Source of the DNA: Adineta vaga | Lineage: Eukaryota; Animalia; Rotifera | NCBI GenBank assembly: GCA_021613535.1 | Contig: CP075492.1 | Location: 4,898,001 to 4,962,000 of the forward strand | DNA length: 64,000 nt | Direction: 5' to 3' | Shown here: positions 38,150 to 51,747 of the stretch, piece by piece | Layout of the letters: the number at the start of each line of letters is the position of its first letter | How positions within the stretch are numbered: position 1 is the stretch's first letter | Made by a program: the position numbers and the translations under genes | Notes under the pieces: generated by a model | Told to the model about the DNA's origin: nothing | What the model saw: the letters and a program-made list of their open reading frames with translations, nothing else | The model's database searches: none

Positions 38150-39010
38150 ACTAATACAAATTCGTTGGATAATACGATTTTTCCTGATGAAATGAGTTTT
38201 TAGAATTTTTTCTGGAAAACATGAAATTTATGGGAAATTCTATTTCCGGAATGGTTCAGATGATTTTTTGGTAATGGTTGTTTTGCTCGACAGGTCGACG
38301 ATTGTTTTGATAGTTGGAGTCAGATATTGACTGCAAGTATTTATCCGAGTTCTTAATTTGAATAAGCTCTGCTGCACTTCAAAAATTACACTTGATGTAT
38401 TTTTCCATCGAAAATAGTTTTATTTCCGTTTCCATCAATTTCATACGCTTTATACATTCAGGAGAATTGAAACATCCACTATAATTATGCTGCAGTAGAG
38501 CTTTAGTTCGTGTTAATACGTGTTTCTTTTACGATACATTCGTATACCGCTCTTTGAACAGTTCGATGTTGAAATATATTGTTTAATAATCGTTGATAAT
38601 TCTTTTTTTCGTCACCAAGACATTGATATCTATGAAACTCTGCTTTCACTTGTTGATATCTTTCGTTTTGTAAATTTTTATATATAATTTCAACTATGTA
38701 TTGTTCGAATGTTTCCAAATACATTCTCGTGGATAGTAAAAAGTACGAAGCATTTTCATATTTTAATAATATTTCATCCAAAAAAGATCAACGTGAACAT
38801 ATACTCTTCGTTTGTTCAGGTATTCCAAACAATGATTGCGAGAAGTAACTAGTCGTTTATGTACGAAAAACATGTATTCTTCCGCAGGATCAAAATATCT
38901 ATCGCAAATAGACAATAGTTTGCAATGAGTAAAATCCCATCGTCTTCTTCCATTAGATTTAAGTTGGAAATTTCGAAAGACAAACAAAAAACAATAATCC
39001 TTCACTACTC
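38150..39010 (-). pseudogene. Degraded coding remnant, family unknown
   Basis: Overlapping short ORFs (38503-38781, 38763-39005) with protein-like composition, broken by frameshifts and stops. Confidence 0.35.
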
Positions 39011-40313
39011 GAAATAGAAATTCTATCGAGCATGATCAAGATCTCATTGCCAAACATACAATGACACTATCAAACGCAATGTCACATTCAATCATATCCA
39101 TTCTAATTAACATTGACAAAACGATCTATTATTTGTATTTATTATCTATTCATGCTAATAAAAGCAACGCTTCATTTTCTTTCCTTTAACAAAAGATTAC
39201 ACATTAGTCGATTTATGTTTCAGTAAAGAGATAAGACATTAGCACAAAGCCAAGTTGATAAAAGGACAAGAAAATTAATTACTATTCTATGTTTGAACAT
39301 CTCATCGAAGATGATCAATGATCGTCATTAGAAGTTAACAATACTTCAAGAGCACATAGACATCGATTAACCTTACAATAACAACATCACACGAGAGAAA
39401 AAGTCTGATGTATTTCATTTGAAGTGGATAATATTCTGCTATGTACTTGTTGGTGATGATCGATTATTTTCATTTGTCCATCTGTTTCATTCAATCTCAT
39501 TTTCTTCAAAGAGAATTTTTTTGTGTCCTATGTCTTAAATAAAAAAAAGAATAAGAAGGAAAAAGAAAGTGCTGATTTGACCGACACATTCATATAAATG
39601 ATTTCCTTTGACGGCACAGATGTATATTATAATGACGGATGATAGGCTAACACCGTAAATAAATAGCCTTGTTCACTCAGCATGTGCTCAATTAGAAATC
39701 GTTTTTCTTCAAGCAATGAACTCTCATTTTCTTTTCTTTTTTTCAAATAAAATCTTATTAAAAGTCAAGGTAGATCATTTGATGATGATGATGATGTAAG
39801 AGGAGAATTATACTTTTTACTTGAGATAATTAAAGGTGTTGACTGACATTTAATCTACTAATATGTCTTTTATTTCCCTTCTTCATGTTGAATTTTCTTT
39901 CCTTCTAATGATGGTTACATCATTTTACCTTCTTTTCTTGAATTTTCTATAAATAATAAGACAAAAAAAATTTGATTAATGTTTAATGAAAGTCAATCGT
40001 CGTCGATCTCTCTTTTTTCTTTGATGTGAACAAGGTGAATATATATGTGTGACCACAAGAGACAAGATGGAAAAACGTGATGCTTATAAATAAAGAAACT
40101 GATCGAGTTCATGCGTTCTATTTCATACTTGTCATTCATTGTCCTCTTTCGGTCTACTTAAAGATTTCCTTCCTGTTTGACGCACGCTACTTTTTTCTCC
40201 TTCTTCTTCTTGCTTATTGAACGGCTAGTGTCGTTGTCCATTCATCAAATAATCATAAAAAAGAACGAGAAACATACAGTGACTCTCGTTTACAGAGAAT
40301 GATGTAACAAAAT

Positions 40314-40330
40314 CACACACACACACACAC
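40314..40330. repeat. (CA)n microsatellite
   Basis: About 8 CA units. Confidence 0.85.
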
Positions 40331-41241
40331 GCAAGGAATCGTATGAATGATTCTTATTCAATCTGTTTCTTTCTTTCTAATTATAAATCAACAAGTAAGT
40401 CATACAACTGAGTGGCATCCAAAAACATCTTGACTCAGACTATATAAACTAATGGATTCAATGCGATAATAGACAATTGTTATTCTTTATCGCTAAAGGT
40501 ATAGCCCAAAGAAATATTCGAATATTGAAAAAAAAACTTCTTCTTCTTCTTTTTCTTTTTTTTACGTAAGTAATTATAATAGACTGCTTATCTTAATAGT
40601 GTCGATGAATCAAGATAGACAAGAACACGGTCATTGATTATCAGAATTCTATGAGACGAATCGAGGCTATATTATGAGAGATAATCATGCGTATAGATAT
40701 TCACATCATCAAAATGACCTTCGTATTAACATGCAAACATCTCCCTTGATCTTTTTCTTTCCTTCTTCTCCCACTTCGCTTTCTTTTGATGATTCAATGA
40801 ATCGAGACATAGAGAAATCTATGAACGTGTGTGTTCTATCATTTTCATATGAATTTAAATCATACTTAGCTATTCAACCTATGAATTCATTCATCCGATC
40901 ATCTCGCTATTTAACTGTAAGTTAAAAAGTCAACAATCTGATTGATAAATGTTATTATCTTTTTCACACTTATGAATTCATGTGTGACTATATCAAATAT
41001 GTACCCGTGATTTTGTAAAGCCTTTTTCTTATTATTAAGAAATAGAACCTCAGGGTACATTCACATCATTTAAGTTTAATTTTGTAATAGATTTCTTCCC
41101 ATATGTTCATTTTTTCACTCTCTTTCTCGTTTATATGAAGAAAATCGAATCGTTGCCGATGGGTATAAATGTCTCACATCTTGTTAATTTCATCATAATC
41201 ATGTAATGTACTGAAAGTTACTTTTCTTTTTTTTTCTCTAG

Positions 41242-43748
41242 ATGTTGCTTTTTCTATTTGTTTTATCTTTTATCTCATCAATACATTGTTATGATGAAGA
41301 TTATCAAACGATTAATATTCGAATCAATGAAGAATTACCATTATCAACTATTCTATTCATAACACCAAATAATATAACATATCGTTTATTTGATTCGGGT
41401 CGTAATCAAAATTCGTTTGTTTATTATAATATGTCTAATGGACAGATTTTACTTGTACATGCACTAGATCGAGAAGATTTATGTTTACAACATATATGTT
41501 CATGTGTGCATTGTCAATTAATCATTGAACTAATTGAATGGCAAACACCTTATCGTCTATTGAAATTAATTCTTAATGTTGATGATATAAATGATCATAG
41601 ACCGATGTTTTCTTCGGATGTTTACCATTTGAATGTCATGGAAAATGTTCCATATGGATTTGAATTATCGTTAGAATCAGCTTATGATGCTGATTTAGAT
41701 GAAAATAGTCGAATAAATTATGAATTGATTAGTTTAAATGAAGGACCATTTGAATTAATAAGAAAATCGAATGGTGGTATTGCATTGAAAATCATTGGAG
41801 AAATTGATCGCGAAGAAAGAGATTTTTATCAATATAAGTTAATCGCTTACGATTATGGACAACCGAGACAACAAAGTTCAACAAAATTATCTATTACAAT
41901 CAATGTACGTAAAATTCATTGTGAATTATTTAGATAACTTCATGAGTCTTTTGTTTTTTTCTAGGATCGAAATGATAATTCCGTTGTTCTTTCACAAGCA
42001 TATATTCATTTACATGTCAGTGAAAATACACCTATTGGGACAGAATTAGCATATGTCAATGCAACTGATCAAGATATTGGACTTAACGGCAAAGTAAGAT
42101 TGACTGAATTATTGTTGATAATACTTTTCAAAATTTATGATTTCCTAGATTCATTATTCCATTAGTAATGGTTTACCATCATCCAGTTGGATGGATCATT
42201 TCCGTATTGGTGAATCAACTGGAATGTAAAATCTACAGTTTTTTTTCTTATCGCTAAAATCAAATTGATCTTTTGTTTGATTTAGTTTAACTCTTGTTGG
42301 TTCACTTGATTATGAATCTGAACAATCTTATCGATTAACTGTACAAGTTCGTGATCTAGGTGAAAACTCACTCGCACGTTTTCTATCAATTGATATAACA
42401 ATTCTGGATGAAAATGATAATTTCCCACAAGCTTTTGTCACGTTCGTCGATCCACTTCGGAATAATTCAATTATTTTAATTCCAGAAAATACACCTGTCG
42501 GACAAATTCTTGCACATATATCTCTTTCGGATCAAGATTCGGGTTTAAATAGTGAACTGTCCTATAAAATCGAAGAAGGTGATGAGATCTTAGGAATTAA
42601 AATACTCGATCAAAAATCTTTTTTACTTATTGTTAATCATTTAATCGATCGCGAAGATGAAAATATGAAAAAAATCAAACGTTTGATTTTAATCATATCG
42701 GATCATGGAAAACCATCGAAATCCATTAAATTAGAATATCAAATTGAAATTCTCGATATCAACGATTCACCACCAGTTTTTAATCCAGCAAAAAAATGTA
42801 ATATCTATTTAAATAATCCTCGAAATCAATCGTTCGGTTTGTTTATACATAAAAATCCTTTTATTTTCGAAATTAATTTCTATTTCAGATCAACCATTAT
42901 TGACAGTTCAAGCTACAGATGCTGATCTCAATGAAAACAGTCAAATATCCTATTTGATTCTTCCTCCGTATGATCATCTATTTCAAATTAATAATCAAGG
43001 TCAATTATTTAATTCGGCATATTTAAATAAGTCTTCCTATCATTTCCAAATCATGGCAATGGATCATGGAAAACTGATTCGATTGAATTCAACATATGAT
43101 TGTCATCTATTCATAACCATGACAAACAATCGGAAGAATATTTCCAATGCCTCATCGATTTCATTATTGAATAATATTCAAAAATGGAAAACTTATTATT
43201 CATATACATATATTATTATTATCCTATCAGTGATTATATTCTCGTGTATTGGCTTAATCTTTTGTTTATATAAAGTTATTTTTATTCATCGACGATACTA
43301 TCAAGAAAATAAGACCTATCATTTATATGTATCCATTCCTCGAAAATCATATTATATTGAAAATGAAAGTCCTGGTTGTAGTAGTGCAAGTAAAACAGAT
43401 GAGAATACATTCGAAGAACATGAACAATTAGTTCATCTCAATGATAAAGTATGCAATCATTCTTTTGTTTTGCAAACAAAATCTCATAGAATATGTTCTT
43501 AGGATTCTTTATCCGATCATCAACAATATTCTCGAACAGTTCAACATAGTTATCCATCATCTATCTCTTCCATTAGCAAACTTCCACATGATAGTACTTA
43601 TGAATCATTTTCATTATTGAAACAAATCAGTCGACCATTATCATCATCAACAACATGTACAAGTATCGATACTGAATCATCATTGAAACTGAAATATTCC
43701 AATGCAACTGTTGTACGTCTTGCTGAAGAAGAAAATAGTGATGTTTGA
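41242..43748 (+). CDS. Protocadherin-like single-pass cadherin, multi-exon
   Basis: Signal peptide; cadherin motifs LDREDLC, DINDH, AYDADLDEN, IDREE, LDYE, DENDN, DINDS, ATDADLNEN; TM IIIILSVIIFSCIGLIFCL; Ser-rich tail ending ENSDV*. Confidence 0.9.
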
Positions 43749-43989
43749 TCAAGCTAGTCATTAACATTTAGATATTGTGTGCAGAACCAAACTTTTGTTT
43801 TTCTTTCTTTCTTTCTTTCTTTGTATAAATGAATAAATATGTTTTTGCAAGTTTTTATACAATAGTTAGGTCTAATACACGTGTTTCAATCTTCAACAAT
43901 TTCGCAAAGTATCTTATATACAAAACTGAACTTTTATGCGCACCTGCATTAGTATTCATCGAAATAGATTATTGAATACTTGGAAATTC

Positions 43990-45710
43990 TCCATGATCTG
44001 GATTGTTTTTTTATCAATAAAGTACCACCTACACGTCCTTAATGGACAAAGAAATCTCATTTCATTAGATCTCTTTTTTGTTTCTTGATAAATTAAAAAA
44101 CATAGTACAGGATCAGTAAAGGTCATTCATACTAGAATTCGACCAACGAATAGTCCATTGATGTCGGGAGATAAAAACAAACGTACCAAAGATGTTAAAA
44201 GATTATCTGTGGTTGAAATGAATGATAATTATGTGAAATTTACACCTATTCATAACGTATTTGAGATAGAAATCTCTGTATAACGTAGTTTTAATAATTC
44301 TTTGAGAATTAGTCGCATGATAATGAACGAAAATTAGCGATTTCTACACATTTGAAAATAAGCAAAAGTAGTTCTTAATTATCATGTAAGTTAACATAAA
44401 CCGTATTGCATTGCATGAAGAAAAAACAGAAAGTAAAAAAGCATCTTTTTCTTTCATCTAATCAAGATAAAAATTGCTGTACATTCGCATAGTAGTATTA
44501 GGGTTTCTTTATATCTACTTGGTTTAATACTATTCGTTCGTCTTCTCGGGACGATTTTTGCTGTATTATTACTGAATTTCTTGCCAAAATCTACAAAAAC
44601 AAGTACTATTCAATTCATTTTCTTTATTCAATAATAAATCATCTCTTTTTAGTAGTAACGAATTCTTCGACTTTATTGACAAGTATGTCCCTATTTAAAT
44701 GATTAAATTCTAAAGTTAAAGTAACAATCAGCTTTTTCATTTTCCCTCTAATTTGATTTGTCTATGTAAGCATGTTATAGTTATTATCATTTGTATAGAT
44801 TTATCAACATCAATAAATACCATTATAACAACCATCTCGACATCAAGTAAGAAGTTTTGTTTTAATCACGTAGTTATTCTTTTATTTCATTCTTATCTTA
44901 TAGCTACGACAACTACAGATTTTATATGTGATGCGACATAGTACTTCTATTACACCTGTATCAGCTACCCCTACATATACAACTGGTCATATCAATCAAG
45001 CATTGAGATTTAATGTCAATGAAAGTCAAGTTGTACGATCCTCATTATTGAATTTAATTGCTACTAGTTTCACTATTGACGCTTGGATTTATCCAAATGA
45101 TTTTCATAATACAGAAGATCGTAGTATTATTGATCTTTGTCCAAAAGAGACTTCATATGAATGTCTATGTTTAACAATTCGAGAAAATAGTGGCAATTAT
45201 TATCTTCATTTTGATTTTTTCAACGATGTTTGTCAAGGTACGGCAAATATCAGACTGAATCAATGGATACATGTTACATTTACTTTTGACATAACGACAC
45301 TTGAACAAAAGATTTATCTTAATGTAAATTTAGATGCCACCAAAACAGCATCAGAATCATTTCAAGGTAGTCCGGATAGTTTAACTATAGGCTATGTTCT
45401 TCTAATGGATACTTACGTTCGTCCAAGTTATTTCTTATTTACCACTGTCAATTATTTATTCAGGGATGGATCGATCGATTAATGGTCTCCAATCGAGCAA
45501 AATCATCATGTGAAATTCTGGAAGAAGCAACATTATCGGTGTATTTAAATTTCAATACAGCTAGTTCACTGATTAAATCCTCAATGGAATTGTTCGAACA
45601 TGAAGTTCAGCTAATGGACTACGTCTTTATGTAAACAATACTCTGGTTGCATCTCCTCTTTCCATGATTAATTCATATACAGCTAGTTCAGCATCAAAAT
45701 GCTATATGAA
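43990..45710 (+). pseudogene. Degraded paralogue of the TM-LamG-LamG gene at 2.2-4.6 kb
   Basis: VIHTRIRP exon, a TM exon and an intact first LamG (FTIDAWIYP, WIHVTFTFD), then RAKSSCEILEEATL. Most of LamG2 is deleted, with NGLRLYVNNTLVAS resuming in another frame. Confidence 0.75.
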
Positions 45711-46455
45711 TTCGTCGTTAAACTGCTGATATTTGATCGAAAATGAGAAATTTTTTCAACTTTCGGATAACTACTTCATTTTAATTTCTTGTTGAAACAT
45801 ATTGTCAATAACGATTGATATTTGAGGAAAAAACATACGTTCCAATGAGTATAAAAACACTTTTCTGTTCCTCATTTTATATTGTTGTCATAGCATTCTA
45901 TCTCTGATAAAAAGAACTCTGATGGCGCTAATTTCTCGTAGTTATTTTAACATGCGATCAGCCAGTTCAAGAGTGACAGTTCTGAATAAGAATTTGGCTA
46001 AACTAATGTACTACCTGAGGGTGTGTTCTTAACTATAGAATAGAAAGATCAAGATATTCAATGTTATCGAAACTATGGTCATTTCTTGCAGACGCTGAAC
46101 AGCGAATCGTTTTTGTACTCGCTTTAGCTTGAAATATTTTTTCATTCAGAGAAACTTTGTGGTAATACTGGTAATAAATTATGACCTACAGAATGTCATG
46201 GGTACAAAGACTCTATATTGAACTAATTAAAGGACTTGCTCCCTATTTTGAGCAACAAAGACGAGTGACTGTTACTCGAGCACAAAGTAATAGATATATA
46301 CGACCTTCGAATAATAATTAAAATCCTAAAGCCACGAAGCTTGTATTATTTCATAAAAACAAGAAACAATTCTATTTTTATATTTCATATCAACAACATC
46401 AAAATAAAAGAGTTGAATTTTCTCTGCTATACAGCTGTTATTCTACATGTAATGT

Positions 46456-47286
46456 TTACCGAAACATTGCGCTTTTTCGAGAACCTAATTGAAGACGATA
46501 AATAAATGGATCTATTTTACTATTGGGATTAAAAAACATTAAATTAATAACTGTAGGTAGAGATGTTATACTTAAAACACATAATATCGTTAAAATTCGA
46601 CGAATGACGATATAATCTCGTCGATTTCTTTGTGTTACCGATCGAATCCATTTCAAACATCGTATCTTATAAATCAAATAAATATAACACATGACAATCA
46701 AACCAAATGGTAAACAAAAAAGCATTGAGAAGAAATAAACCAATGAAATCAATTCTTCCATCAATAAACTACAATAAATCTCTCCGGAAATTAAATCTAT
46801 CGATTTAAATATCCATAAAAGTGGTGCCATGCCAGCAAAAGCTATGAAAACTTGACCAGGAATAAGAATATATATGTAAGTAGATAATCGATGTAACCAT
46901 AAACATTTCGGATATAGAACACGAGTAAAACGATAAGCAGCATGAAGAAAACAACTCCAATAGAGAGCGTTAACAATAGAAAAAAATATATATCCAACGA
47001 ATTGACAAGAGAATAAATCGAATGGTACAACATGAAATTGAAAATCATGTTTGATAGTTTTGATATTGGTGTTTATTAATTGTAGAATACTTTTAATTAA
47101 ATGTAAACAAAGTGTATTCATAGATAAAAGAATAGAAATATTGATTTTTATTTGACTTAAATAATAATTCGAAATAATTATTCGATGAAGAATACAAAAT
47201 AAGAAAAATAACGAGATCAAAGAAGAGATGATTTCAAATGTAGTCGAAAATAAATTCAATGTTATAGAAACTTTTGTTGCATTCAT
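46456..47286 (-). pseudogene. Rhodopsin-family GPCR, apparently truncated after TM6
   Basis: TM1-TM6 are present, with TM3 Cys, a YRF motif and an ECL2 Cys. It ends RLQLGSRKSAMFR* without a TM7 helix; a missed 3' exon cannot be excluded. Confidence 0.6.
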
Positions 47287-48258
47287 GATAAAAGCTAACT
47301 AATTCAATAGTAATAAAAATTACATGAAAGCTTTATAGTCGAAACAAACTCTGAGTAAATGATTTCCTTACTGTCTATGAGATTATACTTTATCCTTGGA
47401 TTACTGAGAAGAAAGATACGTGCTAACAATTTATGCTTTATAATTATAACGCGAGACATGAAATCATCTTTTTTTGTCATCATTATTAATTGTCTTAGAC
47501 ATTAAGAATGAAATTGTTGAGAACATTTTTTCTCACTATCAGGTACATCATTGAATTGACTTGATTAACGTTTTCACAAAAACAGCAAGTTTTTTTTAAT
47601 CCAAATTAACAATGATAAGTAGTTCTTATCTGTATTTCTATCTTTAGATTGTCATACAATATGATTTTAATTTAAAAAATGCTGTTTTTATTTGACTAAA
47701 GTCGTGAATATAATCTAAGCATGAAATAGTTATGTTTACATGAATGCATACTTATAGAAGTTTCAAATTTATGCTATTATAGTCGATTTTCTTTTATACT
47801 TAGAAATATTAATTGTTTGCAATTAAATGTAATCAGAAGTATCTTTTCATTACTTCTTCAACCTAGGTTCTCAAAATATATCGAATAACATAGTTAGTGA
47901 AGAACCGTGCCGCGATAAAAACAAAAGAATAGTGTTCTTATTTCACATTCTGATGATTCGTTTGTACGCATTAAAATGATCTGTTGAAGTATAGAATATG
48001 CCTTGTAATTGGAAATTAGAGAAGAACATTAATCTACCACTTCACTTCAGTCTATTTCATCATGAAATGCACTATAATAGAACACTACAATATGTAGAGA
48101 AAAAGATATGGTGATGTAGCGGACAAGAGGTCATGTTATATGTATTCAATAGAAATGTTTCGCTACTGTTGAGAAACATGACTTTTATTAGGTGAGTGTT
48201 TAAGTTATTTATTTCATTTTTTATTCAGAAAAACGATTGATGATCATTTATTCGTCTG

Positions 48259-48915
48259 ATGACTTCGTCAAAATTGGAACTTCAACGATTGATTGATAAT
48301 GCGTCATATCGTTCAAAAATCAACTTGTCTAATTTACAACTAATCGACGAAGATATGAAAATCATAGCTGATGAAGCAATTATTACAAAACAATGTACAC
48401 AACTCGATTTGGGAAGTAATAATATTACAGCTGACGGTGCATTGATCATTGCTAATGCATTACGTTCTAGTACAACAATTCAACGAATTTATCTGTCAGA
48501 TAATCGAATAGCAGACGAAGGTGTACATCACTTATCATTGTCCATCAAAAACTCATCTCTCCTCGTTCTGGGCCTATCGAAGAATCGTATCACAGATAAT
48601 GGAATTCATCATCTCAGTCAAATGCTCGAAACAAACCATCAATTAATCGTATTAGGACTCGAAGAGAATCAAATTAGTGTTCAAGGACTCGCTGCCTTAG
48701 CGATTGCACTTAAATCGAATCATACTCTTCAACGTCTATTACTTGCAGAAAACAAGCGGATCAATGATATAAGTTTTGATTATATTGTTGATATCATTCG
48801 CAATAATCAATCACTACAAAGGTTTGATATTCGTTGTTGTAATTTGTCATCTGAAACTAAACTTAAACTTGAATTAGCTGCACAAACAAAACGAAACTTT
48901 GAATTACTAGACTAA
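48259..48915 (+). CDS. Stand-alone RI-type LRR protein (NLRC3-LRR-like)
   Basis: About 28-aa repeats LxxLxLxxNxIxDxG (LDLGSNNITADGA, IYLSDNRIADEGV, LGLSKNRITDNGI). Confidence 0.88.
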   Translation: MTSSKLELQRLIDNASYRSKINLSNLQLIDEDMKIIADEAIITKQCTQLDLGSNNITADGALIIANALRSSTTIQRIYLSDNRIADEGVHHLSLSIKNSSLLVLGLSKNRITDNGIHHLSQMLETNHQLIVLGLEENQISVQGLAALAIALKSNHTLQRLLLAENKRINDISFDYIVDIIRNNQSLQRFDIRCCNLSSETKLKLELAAQTKRNFELLD

Positions 48916-49044
48916 TTAATCTGTGGAAGTTAAAATCTGACTTAATTTCAACGGTTGATGTATCAGCAAAAACTCGCATGTTTTTGTATGTGTATTCTCA
49001 ATGTACTAGTTTCCTTTTTTTTATTGAGTAAAACATTGAAAAAG

Positions 49045-50842
49045 TCATTGAAATAACGAGAAAACAACGCGAAAATCAATGGAGTGTCGAAACATTGTTT
49101 CAATCTCGCCAATCTTTGTTAAAATTTCTTCATCATCTCGCTTCATATCCACAACTCGTAATGTCACCTTTGCTAGAGCAGACGGATACTCGATTATTCT
49201 CTTCCATCTGTTGACATCCAACAAATTCTTGATATTGTATCTATTTGTAATCACATCAACACAACGAATTCCGTTCATACGCTTGATCAAATCAACAATC
49301 ATCATTAATAAACATGATGGATAGTTGCGCGAACAATTTTCTATACCAACTGCTGCAAATTTACTCATATCGACGGTTAAATACTCAATAGAATAATTCT
49401 GGTTGAAGTTTTCTAATACATCATTTCCAATACCATGAACACACAATGCGCCTGCACAATGTATTTTAAGTTGTTTGATTCTTTGTGGCAATTCTCCCCT
49501 GATCGTACTGATTACATGAAGGGCTATTTCGCTGTCGTACCAAAGTGAAACACAAGTCAAATATGTCAACGACATTACATTCCTAATGATTTCATTCACA
49601 TTATGAAAATTCACAAGTGAGATTGATCTAACATTGTTGTATATTGATAACGTCGGTTTAGTTTGATTTAACATTAAATCTTCTGATCTAAGTTGTAATG
49701 AAACAATTTGTGTTGAATCGATTTTTCGAAGCAACATCTCCATAAACATTGTAGAATGTTCAACCATTGGTAGTTTCTTCTTCTTCAATCTTCGAAATAA
49801 AGGAATGATATTTGGTGAGAATGCATTGATCGCATCGTTGAATGAAAGATATTTCATTATTTCGAAGATGATTTCTTCACGACCACCAACTTTAGACATC
49901 AAATTCATTGACTAAAAATAAAAACCGACATTTCCCTCTTTTCATCAGTAATCGAGTACAATAAACTTACTAGACTCTGTTCATTTTCATTCGTTTCTTT
50001 TCGAAAAAGCATCAATTGTTCCAGCAATAGTTTAGAAGTGACTGCATTTCCATTGTGTGTCCATATACTTTCTTTGATTAATAGGTCATAGCCGTATTCA
50101 ATCGTCGACAATTTATCTTTATTCTCGAACAATCGCCGGATGCCAATGAGTGTAGGATATTGATTTTTAAAAGCGTTTTCAATCGGATCATTACGAAACA
50201 TTTGTTTCCAAAATTCGATGAAACTAGAGACCGGAAGAAAAGCAATTAGAATTGAAGATATGTTTGTGACTAACCTAGTTTTATTTGATTGATGTGTAAT
50301 ATCCCATGGCCACACGATATAATTATCGAGTAAATAGTCTATGATGATCGAAGAACAGAATGTTGTTGAACAGAAGATATTACTGAAACAGCTTTTATTA
50401 TCATGAATGTAGATCAACAATGGACGACGCTGAAATAGAATAAAATGATGATTTGTTTTATGGAAAGAGAAGTACATACTTCTTGAACCGTTGAAGGACT
50501 AAATGCAGCATCAAGTGCTTCTCGGAGAGATCCCGTAAAGAAAACTGGGCATGCGTCATATCGTTGCAGAAAACATTTACTCATAGCTTCAATACCGGCT
50601 GTTTCATCTTCACAATTGTCGGGAACTTTGAAATAACAAACTCAATCATTAAATGTAATGAGAAAAGACTGATCGACATACATGAACTATATAAGACATC
50701 TTGCTGAAAATTATCGTCATCTGCGTCAGATAAATTATCATTGATTTCGTCCGTATCATCATCCTAAATGAATTCAGATAAAATAGTATATTTACCTTAA
50801 GAATCAATCTTTTTAAGAAACTATAAAAGCTACATTTACCAT
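49045..50842 (-). CDS. UAS (FAF1-type) domain fused to an F-box-like/LRR-like module, paralogue B
   Basis: ATG-only first exon (50842-50840) and an acidic exon, then PDNCEDETAGIEAMSKCFLQRYDACPVFFTGSLREALDAAF / RRPLLIYIHDNKSCFSNIFCSTTFCSSIIIDYLLDNYIVWPWDIT. An intron after NEQSL joins to EEIIFEIMKYLSFNDAINAFS. Confidence 0.78.
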
Positions 50843-51690
50843 TGAGTTTGTTTTTCGGTATTATAAGATAGGTCGTATAATGTAAAAGAAGTGTTTAAAC
50901 TAAAATATTGTAGTCGATGTACAGACATAAATGAAAAAGCATTGTTTATGTACACGTGTCTACGTTTTGAGAAAAAACCCAGTATTCATTCACTTTACAA
51001 GTCAACAAAACAGAATAACATTATGGTTATATCTCACTCTGATGATATGATAAAAGAATCCACTGAAATAAGACGCACAATGAAAATTTTTTTCATTCTT
51101 TCGTTTGTATAAAAACAGCAGAGTATATGTTTGTCGGAAAGAAACACAGATTCTTTAATTTTTATGTACTCTGGCCGTAAAAACGAAATTAGATGTGTTG
51201 TCATTGTTTTTTATGTGCAAGTGCAGCATAGTGTCGAAAATCATCTTTCAGTTTCATATGGCAGAGAAAAAAATGAAAATAACTGAAAGTAATTACATAA
51301 TATAGAGAAACATCTTTAACGTGATTCATATTCGAAACGAATTCAACTATTTACTACGCTTTAGAACCACAGAGGTGAATGTTAAATTCATGAACGTGAC
51401 AAAGACAGAATTTTCATTATCAATTAACGTATCAACTTGATCCTTATCACTTGTGAATGAAATGAGTAATGAGAACTGAAAAGATGGTGAGTACACATTT
51501 GATCGATCGTCTTAAATCTTTGAATCACGATAAATCCCTGTTATCACCTAATAACATAATCATGTAGGTGTATCGTGTAGGAAGAGCGATTTAAAGTGTT
51601 ATCAGCAGATGATACTTTCAAATGCAAATGCATTTATACAAAAGTTGAAGTATTTACGATAAACAGATTGATGCTTATCAAATGTGTGTG

Positions 51691-51712
51691 TATATATATA
51701 TATATATATATA
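51691..51712. repeat. (TA)11 microsatellite just upstream of the protease start
   Basis: Read directly from the sequence. Confidence 0.9.
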
Positions 51713-51747
51713 AGTCGATATCATAGATTTTTCATTTACACATAAAC

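Noticed and set aside
39100-41200. ncRNA in the long region upstream of the protocadherin
   Set aside because: Only microsatellites and T-rich tracts are visible; it is probably regulatory, UTR or intronic sequence with no supportable structure.
2175-50842. Large inverted segmental duplication of a LamG plus UAS-F-box pair
   Set aside because: The pair is divergent at 2-7 kb but convergent at 44-51 kb with other genes in between, and the copies are highly diverged. Independent local duplications are more likely.
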